A stretch of DNA of 63,172 bases, counting the filler, from Blastocystis sp. subtype 4 (lineage: Eukaryota): assembly GCF_000743755.1 (NCBI RefSeq). It is 17 parts of 17 records of this genome, joined end to end, with 100 filler letters (N's around TTAATTAATTAA, not from the genome) between each part and the next. Parts side by side here need not be neighbours in the genome. Positions count along the whole stretch, not along the records: positions 12,404 to 16,039 come from NW_014568996.1; positions 16,140 to 19,767 come from NW_014568995.1; positions 19,868 to 23,492 come from NW_014568994.1; positions 23,593 to 27,191 come from NW_014568993.1; positions 27,292 to 30,846 come from NW_014568992.1; 12 more parts are not named here. One strand, given 5' to 3'. Positions within the stretch are counted from its first letter, which is position 1. Each line of letters opens with the position of its first letter. Positions 13,304-28,139 of the stretch are shown here, piece after piece. The notes beneath the pieces are model-generated. The model worked only from the letters and a program-made list of their open reading frames with translations, did no database searches and was not told the DNA's origin. The position numbers and the translations under genes are program-made.

Positions 13304-14429
13304 TTAAATACTCCCGTCATCCAACCGCTCTGTAAGGCACTTCACAGCATCTTTGCTAAGAATCAGTTTTTTCCGCTTTAGAATGTCATATACATTGGCT
13401 CCCTACTCTCAATACCATCCAAAGATACATACAAGTTGAGGAAGATATAACACACGAGGAATATTACGTGCTGACAACTCAAAATTCGAATTCTTAGTTT
13501 CTCCATCAATAATAGTGACTAAATCGTCGCCAACAATCTTCTTAATGACTGAATCCACAGCTCCTGTTTTGATAACGTCCACTGAACATGAATCAACAAT
13601 AATCAAATTCTGTTCCTGCCACTTCAGTGAAAGAGCAGTACGCAAACCTAAGGCTCTCACTAGGTGTGATATTGACAATCCAGTTATACCTTTGAACGGA
13701 AGAGGGTAATAGTAATCGCGAGGTCGAGGTCCCATGGGTTTGTATCCTCCTCTCATCTGGGGTGCTCTATAACTGAATCAAATCCAGTGATTCCACCTCT
13801 TCTGACCTTGACGAGCCATACCTGTTCCCTTTTGACGGAAAGGTTTACGATTGGAGCCACTATTAATAAATAGCATTGATAACAATAAACCTCACTTCTG
13901 ATAGAGTCTTCACACAGTGAGATCCTTGACGTCTTTTCGCCAACTACATGTCAAACTATGCTCCTTTATATACCTGCCAAACTACAACACGATGGAGAAT
14001 ATCTTCACGTATAGGCATACCGAAAACACGATTATTGAGCGTGATGACTTCATCAGTTTTATCTCCCGTTGCAATACTGTATACAGGGAGTTCTTTGACA
14101 CGAATCTTAAAAGGATCAAGGAGTGGAACTTCTATTCGTCAACAAACGGAACGATGTTTACCTTCCTTTGGGGCAAAGATTGTAGGATCTTCAATTTGCA
14201 GATTGGATGGAATATCAAGATCCTTCAACAAGGGATTCTCTTTGTACTCCTTTTCGGTGTTGATATAACTAAGTGATTACGATCAAGCAGTATTCAAAGA
14301 TACAAGGATCTCGAAAACACTGGTTCCTGGAAAGGAAACATGCGACATAACGATTTCTACAACATTATTATCAAATACAACAATTACAGGGAAACTTCGT
14401 GTCACAGACGTAACAAACCTCGAAAGCAT
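13304..14429 (-). CDS. MRPL4: Mitochondrial-type ribosomal protein uL4m with presequence, multi-exon
   Basis: Spliced: MLSRFVTSVTRSFPKSLCRMF...REDILHRVVVWQLAKRRQG...SGSNRKPFRQKGTGMARQG...RGGYKPMGPRPRDY...GANVYDILK. Confidence 0.9.
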
Positions 14430-14556
14430 GGTCCCAGCTTACCCTAAATAGTATTTGAGATGAGCAACTCATAACATGAAATAGTATTGATTTTAGTCAT
14501 GTCAGAAAACAGTGTGATTTTCAACTCTCGTCATAAAGACGGATAGAATTGATACA

Positions 14557-15891
14557 ATGGTTGCAGAAGAATTACCCGAAGGTGCATGGGATCCGTAGAA
14601 GTTAGTAACATGAGTTGATTCTTAGGTATGAAAGGGAGAAGAAGAGAGGTGAAATAATGGCAATATCAATGTTGTCATTCCAAATGACACTCAGCAAGAA
14701 TGACGTATCAATCCAGAACACATTACTTCAAAGAATCAAAGAACGTAATATGGCACCCTATTATCTTGAAGTATGCAATTACTTCGAGTATACGATGGAT
14801 ACCACACTGTACAATGCGATGAAAGCTGTGAATGATTCAGTGATCAATCAAAAGAAGGAGGCGATTGCATTGAAGAAGGACAATGGAAGTGATGATGATG
14901 TTTTGGACTTGCTGATTAGTCTGGTTGGTTTTCTATCCTCCGTTAACTCTAGGCTCATTACTACTATGAAATTGGAGATAAGAACAATGCAATTGAATCA
15001 TACACGGCATGTCTTAATTACAAGATGTCGAATACATTAAAGATGGATCTATGGATGGACATGTTAGATGTCTATTTATTTCATCAGAGTACAGCAGAAT
15101 ATAACGAAGCTCTCAAAACGGTAAAGAAGATGACGGATGAATCTGGTGACTGGGAGCATCGAAACCGTCTTAATGTAGTCACTTGAGATTAGATTGATTA
15201 TAGATCTATCTGGGAGTAAAGTTGATGATCGAGAAGGATTTTGCCAAAGTTGCAGAATTGTATTCAACTGCTGTACCTACATTCACATCCTTCTCAGTCT
15301 TCTCGTTCAACGATCTCGTGAAATATGCAGTGATCACGGGTATTATGTATTTACCTCGACCTGTGTTAAAAAGTCGATTAGTGAGCCAGTCCGATGTCGA
15401 AATTGCTCTTATGGAGATGCCGACTCTTCAATCATTACTTCTGTCCTTTGATGAATGTCGATATCATGATTTCTTTGTTAGCTTGCTCCAGCTGGAAGGA
15501 ATTCTGAAATCTGATCCATATCTCCGTGGTAGTGTCTCCTTGATTATCGATGTATTGAGATTGAAAGCCTATCAACAGTTCTTGGATAGTTTCAAATCGT
15601 GAGGATTGGGACATGAATGCGATACGTAGATGTACACTTCAATCTATGGCGGATAGTTTCGGAGTATCCACTTCGTTTATCAACAGTGAGTTATCTCGCT
15701 TCATTTCAGAAGGACAGATTCATGCAAAGATTGATAGAGTTGGTATTGTGCTCAAGAATAATGGATAGCTGAATAACACTGTGGAGACGATGTCAATTAC
15801 TTCACTGAACTCCCTCTATGATCAGATTCTTTCTAAGGGATCAGTTCTTACAAGTCACATTCAAAGTGTTACTAAGACAGTGGATGTATAA
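14557..15891 (+). CDS. RPN7: 26S proteasome lid subunit Rpn7/PSMD6, multi-exon
   Basis: NMAPYY, GDWEHRNRL, RLKAYQQFLDSF, MADSFGVS, ELSRFISEGQIHAKIDRV; TGTTTGTT at 15899. Confidence 0.9.
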
Positions 15892-16302
15892 TTCGAGTTG
15901 TTTGTTGTTAACTACTCACCAATATTTAGACTATGAATGATTCCTATATTTCATTAGATAGATAATTGAGGTTTGAAGAAAAGGGTTGAATGAAATTGGT
16001 TTGAGACTGATTTATAGAGAGTTTGATTGTGTATGAAACNNNNNNNNNNNNNNNNNNNNNNNNNNNNNNNNNNNNNNNNNNNNTTAATTAATTAANNNNN
16101 NNNNNNNNNNNNNNNNNNNNNNNNNNNNNNNNNNNNNNNTTCCTATATTTCATTAGATAGATAATTGAGGTTTGAAGAAAAGGGTTGAATGAAATTGGTT
16201 TGAGACTGATTTATAGAGAGTTTGATTGTGTATGAAACCAGTTGTATTGGATTAATCAATAAACTCTACCATTCTTCTTGTTTCAACTGTAAATCGTGAA
16301 TA

Positions 16303-16870
16303 ATGGGTCGTATGTATGGAAAAGGGTAGGTTGAATGATGTGTTGTTTGGTTTGAGCTAACTCTATTGTAGAAAGGGAATGTCGGCTTCTTGCCTTCCCT
16401 ACAAGAGAACAGCTCCTTCCTGGTGCAAGTCAACATCTGAAGAGGTGGAAGCATCGGTTTGTCGTTTGGCAAAGAAAGGTTTGACTCCCTCTCAGATTGG
16501 TGTGTTGTTGAGAGATCAGAAGGGTATTGGTCAGGTGAAAGCCGTGACTGGCTCTAAGATTCTCCGACTTCTTAAGAAGAACGGTAAGGTTTCGGCTTTC
16601 CGTTCTTGACGCCTTAGGACTTGCTCCTTCTCTTCCTGAAGATATGTACTTCCTGATCAAGAAGGCTGTTGCAATCAGAAAGCACTTGGAGCGTAACCGA
16701 AAGGACCGTGACTCTAAGTTCCGTTTGATTATGGTGGAAAGCCGTATTCACCGTCTGACTCGTTACTACAAGAGAACAGAACAACTTCCTCCCACTTGGA
16801 AATAGTAGGTTATAGTGTGTTTAAGTGAGTGAATAGTAACTCTGCTACTGCTTCTGCTCTTGTGGCATAA
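16303..16870 (+). CDS. RPS13: 40S ribosomal protein S13 (uS15), 3 introns
   Basis: [10 protein letters not shown]...[15 protein letters not shown]...[25 protein letters not shown]...SATASALVA*. Confidence 0.97.
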
Positions 16871-17142
16871 GAAATGAAGTGAATTGGTATTGGTTGAAGC
16901 AAGTTCTGTTTTGTTTGTTAGACTTAAGTGTTTGAGAAGTGTCTTTGTTAAGACATCGATCTGTTTGAATGAATTGATATTGGAGTATAGAATGAATTAA
17001 AACTACTCTATCATTCAAATGATGTGTATTCATCAAGATCCTCTCTCAAACTATCTACTCTATCAGGAATTCCAAAGTTCCCAATTGTCGTGTTGGGCAT
17101 TCGGATCCACTTTCACCCAAATCAATACTGTTTTGGCGAATC

Positions 17143-19730
17143 ATGAATGGAGAAGAGATTAAAACGATCAGTACAGTTAGTAGAGATAGTGAGAATTGAT
17201 TGTGTTGAACAACGAATAGTAATTCTCAAACAAGTTCTGGGTCTTCCAGAAGGCGAGAATTTCATTCTAATCTTAGATGATGTGACAATGTCCCTTGTAA
17301 ACTCAGTATGCGGTCAATTTGCTCTTCTTGACCGTGGTTGTATTTGTATCTATTCTATTTGTATTGTATTGATTCTAGTGATGGAACATATTCAATCAAA
17401 ACGTGATTGTGTATCTGGAGTAACTGCGATCTACTTTGTTGAACCAACAGAACGGAATGTGGGTCTAATATTGGATGTATGAAATTGTTTCAAACAATGA
17501 TTGAGTAGGATTTCATGGAGATCAAGTCGTTTGTTGGAGCAGAGAGTTGTATCGATCGGTTGTTATGAAATGGATGAATGATGAGTAGAATAATCTATTG
17601 TGGGATGGAAGATGTGAGTGGTGAGTCGTGTTTATATGATAAGGTAGCACTTCGATTCAAAGGAGGTAAGAATGGAATGAGGAATGAATTTCAGATCTTT
17701 CAGATGAATTAGCAGGTCGTATTCTGAACAATCAAGTCCTTCAAAAGCGTTTAGTTGTAAGTGTGTATTGAAAGATATGATTGAAGAACACACGTCTGAT
17801 TCATATGAACTATCATATCGAGGAATCAAATGTGGCTGTAACCAGTAGGTTTATCTTGTTGTTTCTTGATTGAAGATATTCCAAGTGCATTGAAAGATAT
17901 CTGGGGTAAGAATGATGCAACAGGAATCTTATTAAGGATTGCAAAAAGTGTAGGGAGAGGAAGAGTGTTTGTGATAGATAGTTGGTTCATATGTGTGTAG
18001 CGCTGGGAATCAAACCTCTTGTTCATTATCAGTGTGGATATCCTTGCAAGGACATAGCTGATCTGTTTGAGTCAGAAGTGAATCTGATTGTTTGAATTGA
18101 GAATCAGATGCTTCAATACATTGCTAATTTCCAACCTACGCTACGAGAGAAAGGTCAACTTCTATTGATTGATCGTACAATCGATCCATTGGTTCCTTTG
18201 CTTCATCCAATCAATTATCAAGTAAGAATTCTCCTCCAATTCAATTCTAGCCAATGGCTGAAGATTTGTTATCAATTGGTGAAGGAGGCGAAGTATCGAT
18301 ATGAATGATTGAGTGATTAGTTCGATTATCGATCTGAGACGAGTCAAGAGATACGTAAAGTGCTTCTTGATGACAATGATCGGATTTGGAATGCTTATAG
18401 ATATGAACACATTCTGACTACGATTTGTAAGAGAAAGAGAAGGAGACTTAGGAATAGCATCACTGAAAGAAGCAGCAAAACGATTCTTGGAATCAACACA
18501 AGAGAGCAAAGTAGATGAGAGAGAATGAATGAAGAATAGAATACCATTCAGGATATAAGTAATCTGATCAAGACACTTCCAGAGAACAAGCAACGGAAGG
18601 AACTATTTGCTCTTCACATCAGTATTGCTCAGATGTGTATCGATCAGTTCAGAGAACGGTCCTTAACAAAACTGATCCCTTTGGTAATGATAGAATTGGA
18701 TTGTAATGTATAGGAACAAGTGATTGTGACTGGATATGATGAAGCAGGATCGAGTCCAAATGCGTATGAATGAAGGATTGAAATGAGAATCAGAGAGAAA
18801 CTATTGAAGGAAGTGGAATCTGTATTAGGAATGACTTTGAGGTGAGTTTGAAATGGAGATGTGATCTGTAGACAAGTAGATAAGGTGTGTGATATGGCTG
18901 AATGATGAATAGATTCGTCTGCTGCTTATATATGCAATTGCTCAAGGAATGGATGTGGCAACTCAGCAACGGTTGTTCAGTCTAAGTGGAGTTGGTATGG
19001 AGTACAGTTCCATTCTGTCGAATCTGAGTATGTTAGGAGTGAAACTCTCCCAAGTGAGGAATGAGTGAATGAAATGAAAGGATAGCCAATGGAGCAACGT
19101 TTGGATAAGAAGGAACATTTGAAACGAGTAAGAATGAAGAAAGAGAGTGAGGAATAGGTGAAACAGATGTGTCGTGAAGGAGGAATGATTATGAATCGAT
19201 ATGATTCTCAGATTCGGTATTGTTTGAATGTATTGTTGAGAGAGAGTATTGAGTGATAGGATCTGATAACGAATGCTTTGTCTCCTAGTAAGTTTGAAGT
19301 ATATGACACAGGAACAAGTCCTCTTCGAGATATCATTGGAGTGGATATGAGTCGCAGTGTAAGAGGGAATCTTCGTAGTCAGCGTTCAATGAAGTGAGAG
19401 TATTGGTTACAGTTGAGAGTAGGATGAGTATACATTCAGAAGAGAAGAGAGAGATGGAATGGTATGGAAAGCCTGGAAAGAAACCAGTAACAATAACAGG
19501 TGATCCAATCGTCTGTTATATTGTTGGAGGAACATGTTATGCCGAAGTTGGAATGTGATGGAAGTATGAGATGTAGATTGAGAGTTTGAATGAGTTAGCA
19601 GAAGGAATTGGTCGGAATGTGACAATTGGTGAGAGATGAATAGAAGAATGATCGATAGCTTCTACAAACATCTTCAAACAATCAGAATATGTGGATAATC
19701 TTCGAGATCTGGATTTGTCAGTTATGTTGT
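17143..19730 (+). CDS. Sec1/Munc18 family protein, many short introns; stop probably completed by poly(A)
   Basis: ILILDD, TAIYFVEPT, QLLLIDRTIDPLVPLLHPINYQ, LHISIAQMC, YIVGGTCYAE motifs; start approximate. Confidence 0.85.
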
Positions 19731-19867
19731 TGTCTGTTTGTTGAGAACAATCAATATCTCAAAAACANNNNNNNNNNNNNNNNNNNNNNNNNNNNNNNNN
19801 NNNNNNNNNNNTTAATTAATTAANNNNNNNNNNNNNNNNNNNNNNNNNNNNNNNNNNNNNNNNNNNN

Positions 19868-22800
19868 GATTATTGTATGATCGAAATGGAATGATTGAAT
19901 ATGAAGGATTATTCAAAGATGATGTTGTTATTGATGTTAATGATGATATGAGAATGAAATGGATTGGAATTTATGATTTGCTTCTTGCTGGTTGTGTTGA
20001 ATCTCTGACGATTGGTGATGGATTCAATGGATCTGATATGTCATCATTGATATTGAACTATTCATTGATATCATTGAAACGAATTGAAATTGGAAATGGT
20101 TGTTTTACGAATGTGAATCGATTTGTGATTGATGGATTGAATGAATTGAAGAGTGTGAATATTGGAATGGGCTGTTTTGGACTCTATGAGAACAAGATAA
20201 TGAGAATCTCATGTTTGATAATGAATTGTGATCAATTGAGTGAAATTCACTTTGGAGCGGGTTCATTCTTTTATTATGAATCGTTAGAATTGAAGGATCT
20301 CCCTTCTCTCATATCTATTCAGTTAGATGGTAATGCATTCTATAGGTGTCATTTGATAGTATTTGATAGTATGAATGATTGAATGAATGATGAATGAGAT
20401 CTGATTCGACTTCAATCAATCACTCTTGGATTAGGGGCTCTTTCAGGTAATGAAGATGTTGAAAGGAATGAATTGATAATGAAGAGTATGACTAATGTGG
20501 ATTGATTGATGAGATCTTCCTTCTCTCACTTCATTCAAAGGAAATGGTGACAATTTAGGTGTGATAAACAAAGTGAGAATAGATAGTATCTATGGTTGTT
20601 GTTTGTATATAAGATGTTCCTGTTCTCACCAAGAGCGGAATAGAGTTAAAAGAATCATTCATGTTCTTGAAGGAAATGAGTTGCACAAGTGAGATTGATT
20701 GATTGTATGAACAGAAGATGATGCTCTTGAGTATGTTGTTACAGTGAATGGTTATGTGACTCCATCTTTGCACTTGTTATCTCGTCATCCATCATTATTG
20801 TGGATATTCAGAATTGATCATATGCAACAGATTTCAAGTTCAGTTGAGCACATTGTGATTCAAGGATGTGTTGGAAGAGAAGGAGAATCATTCAATCTAT
20901 CTAATCTCCCTTCACTCATCACTGTTGAAATGGGATGCTTTGCATTCTGTACCAGTCAAACGATAGTATTTGATAGTATGAATGATTGGTGAATGATGAG
21001 TGAGATCTGATTCGACTTCAATCTATAACTCTAGGAGGAGGGGCTCTTAATGGTGATGGTGAAACATATGAATCGAATGAATTGATAATGAGGAGTATGA
21101 ATGAAGTGTGATTGATAATGAGATCTTCCTTCTCTGACTTCATTCAAAGGAAGTGATTTGAATTACAGTGAAATAAGGAAAGTGACATTGGATAGTGGTG
21201 ATTGTTGATTGTATTTGAATTAGACATTCCATTACTCACTGAACAAGGAATAGAATTCGAAGGCATGTTTATGACATCATTCAAGAATGTGAGAGAAGTG
21301 ATTAGCACAAGTATGAATGAAAGAAGAGTGAATAAGTAGATTCTGATTGTCTTGAGCAGTTCATTCGAGAGAGAAGTGATTGTATAGTGAGTACTGATAA
21401 GTACTACAATTCCACTACAAAACTATTTGACTGCCATTATGGAAATGATTTGAATGTATTTGACACTGATTGTTTGAAAGGAAATGAAAGAGTGTTTATT
21501 CGAGATCATCGTTTAGTGATAGTGAATGAACGTGAGATTGAAAGACTGATTATTGGGTGTGATTGTTTTGTGAAAGTGAAACGATTTGTGATTAATGGAT
21601 TGAATGAACTGAAGAGTATAATCATTGGAAATTGGAGTTTCTCTCTCGATGATAACAACAGAATTGGAAGCAACTGTGTGATAATGAATTGTGATCAATT
21701 GAAAGAAATCAATATTGGAGTGGATTCATTCAATCGGTATGTATCATTTAAATTAATGAATCTTCCTTCTCTCATATCCATTCAATTGGATAGTCATGCA
21801 TTCAGTAATTGTCAATCAATAGTATTTGAGAGTAAGAATGATTGAATGAATGATGAATGAGATCTGATTCGACTTCAATCAATCACTCTTGGATTAGGGG
21901 CTCTATTTGGTTATTATGACACTATTGAAAGGAATGAATTGATAATGAAGAGTATGACTAATGTGGATTGATTGATGAGATCTTCCTTCTCTCACTTCAT
22001 TCAAAGGAGATAGCAATTTCACTAATATAGAAAAAGTGATATTGGAGAGTGCTGATTGATGATTGTATTTGAGTTAGACATTCCTTCACTTACTGAAGAA
22101 TGGATTCAACTAAGAGATAGATTGGGAACACCATTCATGTCAGTGATAGAACTGAAGAGTGAAAGTGCGAAATGGAGGAAGGAGTCACAAGTAGATGCTG
22201 ATTCTTTGGATCGATTCATCAGACATAATGGAATTGTGATGAGTGTATTTGATATTCATTCACTGAAAGGAATTGAGAGACTTGTCATTGGCTACAAATG
22301 TTATGCAAATGAAAAACGATTTGTGATTGATGGATTGAACGAATTGAAGAGTGTGACCATTAAAGAGATGAGCTTCAGGCTCGATAAGAACAAGATAATG
22401 AGAAGCTCATGTGTGATAATGAATTGTGATCAATTGAGTGAAATCAACATTGGAGAGCATTCATTCGTGTACCATGAATCATTTGAATTGAAGAATCTTC
22501 CTTCTCTCATATCCATTCAATTGGATAATTATGCATTCTGTAGTTGTCATTTGATAGTATTTGAGAGTATGAATGATTGAATGAATGATGAATGAGATCT
22601 GATTCGACTTCAATCCATCACTATTGGAGAAAGGGCTCTATATGGTGATGGTGATACTGCTGAATCAAATGAATTGATAATGAAGAATATGATTGAAAAT
22701 GACTGATTGATTGATTAGATCTTCCTTATCTATCTACACTCAAAGGAGTTGGTGGTAATTTCGAATGGATAAACAAAGTGCACTTAGATAGTGATGATTG

Positions 22801-23010
22801 ATGATTGAATTTGACTTAGACATTCCATCACTCACTCGAGATGGAATAATGGTTGATGAAAATGCATTTAGGAAAGTGAAAAAACTGCATAGTTCACGTA
22901 TGATTAAATAGCGGATAATAAATGAGATGCTGATTCCCTTAATAGATTCATTCGAGAAAGGAGTAAGTGTCTACAGGAGAAGGAAGAATGTTTAGTCAGC
23001 TGTTTAGCAT
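19868..23010 (+). CDS. MORN/LRR-array family gene with many phase-1 micro-introns, 5'-partial
   Basis: Exons checked at 21862-21951 (90 nt) and 21980-22048 (69 nt), and the exon from 22078, splice in frame; ends ...KEECLVS. Confidence 0.75.
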
Positions 23011-23129
23011 GGTTGTTTGTATTTGCGTTGGTTTGGGGCTGCTTAAAGTTGTTAATTGATTGATTGGTTGGTTGTTTGGATGACTTCTTCTGTCTTTGTT
23101 GCGTTAACAGTCTTGAGTCGATTCCATTT

Positions 23130-23400
23130 AGTAGTAGTGTTTTGACGCATGTTACGTATTTTTAACATCCAGACAAACCGTCGCAAACATGGGCCTCCAA
23201 CCCTGGGTAGCTATACACGCTTAACCCTACCAGACAAAATCGCCACCAAAATGCAGACAAAAAGGCCCATAAAGAAGCTCGAAAAGGCAGACATTTTGAT
23301 CATAATTTGGAAACATATCCAACCCATTTCAAGTCAAATCATGGGCAACAATGAAGCACAAATTCTTTGTTGTTTGTTTTCTAGCAATGAAACATTTTGA
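23130..23400 (+). repeat. Copy of the dispersed repeat cassette (3' segment)
   Basis: Near-identical to the reverse complement of 6060-6300; TGTTTGTT at ~23371. Confidence 0.85.
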
Positions 23401-23592
23401 GATTAATAAACAGTATGAGATTTCCTAATGATATGATTCAACGATACATTTCAGAAATGATAAGTCACCTATTCACAAACTATCAAACAACANNNNNNNN
23501 NNNNNNNNNNNNNNNNNNNNNNNNNNNNNNNNNNNNTTAATTAATTAANNNNNNNNNNNNNNNNNNNNNNNNNNNNNNNNNNNNNNNNNNNN

Positions 23593-27191
<3,599 letters not shown>

Positions 27192-27291
27192 NNNNNNNNN
27201 NNNNNNNNNNNNNNNNNNNNNNNNNNNNNNNNNNNTTAATTAATTAANNNNNNNNNNNNNNNNNNNNNNNNNNNNNNNNNNNNNNNNNNNN

Positions 27292-27394
27292 ACGAAGTTC
27301 ATCAGTAGCATTGTGTGTTTTGAGATGGAAAATGATGGAATAGGCTGAGAAGAAGATCAAGGCTGCTGGAGGTGCCTGCATCCTCACTGCTTAA
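27292..27394 (+). CDS. RPL27A: 60S ribosomal protein L27a (uL15), C-terminal fragment
   Basis: Spliced TKFISSI|AEKKIKAAGGACILTA*. Confidence 0.85.
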
Positions 27395-27531
27395 GCGAAA
27401 TGAGTTGGTGTCATCGATCTTAGAGATGTTTGTTAACATACCCTGGTTTGTTATATGGATCTCCGGGGAGTTTTGGGCAACTCCATGGTTAAATCAGACT
27501 TCGACAAGATTCATAATTTTGCTTTCCCGAA

Positions 27532-27798
27532 ATGTCTTTCCTTGGAAGAGCTCTTGGACAGTTTCTAAACCGTTGGATGACGGATAAGGTAGCCAATTCT
27601 TCTGCTATGCGTCAAACTGCAAAAGTTGCTGTGAAAGGAGTAAAATCGATTCAGGGTGGCGCTAAGGTGGTATGTGAACCTAGTCTATATCAGAAATAGG
27701 CTGGAGAAAAGGCGGGAGAAGCGGCTAAGGATGTGAAGAATTTTGCGAGTGAATTTTGGGGAGAATTGAAGAACCAAGCTACTGGAAAGTCCAAGTAG
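27532..27798 (+). CDS. Small 78-aa basic helical protein, possibly NCBP2-AS2-like; absent from the ORF track
   Basis: MSFLGRALGQFLNRWMTDKVANSSAMRQTAKVAVKG...FASEFWGELKNQATGKSK* with one 30-nt intron; TGTTTGTT at 27861. Confidence 0.65.
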
Positions 27799-28139
27799 TC
27801 TGCTAATGTTTGATCTCTTCGATTTATCGGTTAGTCGTTGATTCTGTGATAGTTACTTCCTGTTTGTTGTATGTACTGGTAATTCGATGATGGTTTTGTT
27901 ATCTTGGTTTCAATTCCTCGTGAATATCTCCCATATTGTTCCTAGTGCACTGTAGAACCAAATGCAATTTTCTAGATTGATAATACATTTTCTGTTCCTA
28001 TCGATGGATATAGGATCAATTATTGGCAAGTCTGAAAATGAGTCAATTATTGGTGCATAATGTACAGTGATATAACTGATAATCAATATTCAGTGATTAA
28101 TCACCCATTCTCAATCACTTGATTGTTGAAACTGTCAAC

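Noticed and set aside
20369..20400. Recurrent ~30-nt GTATGAATGATTGAATGAATGATGAATGAG with variable intervening sequence, superficially CRISPR-like
   Set aside because: These are GT-AG introns between coding LRR exons; spacing is hundreds of bases, there are no cas genes, and the host is eukaryotic
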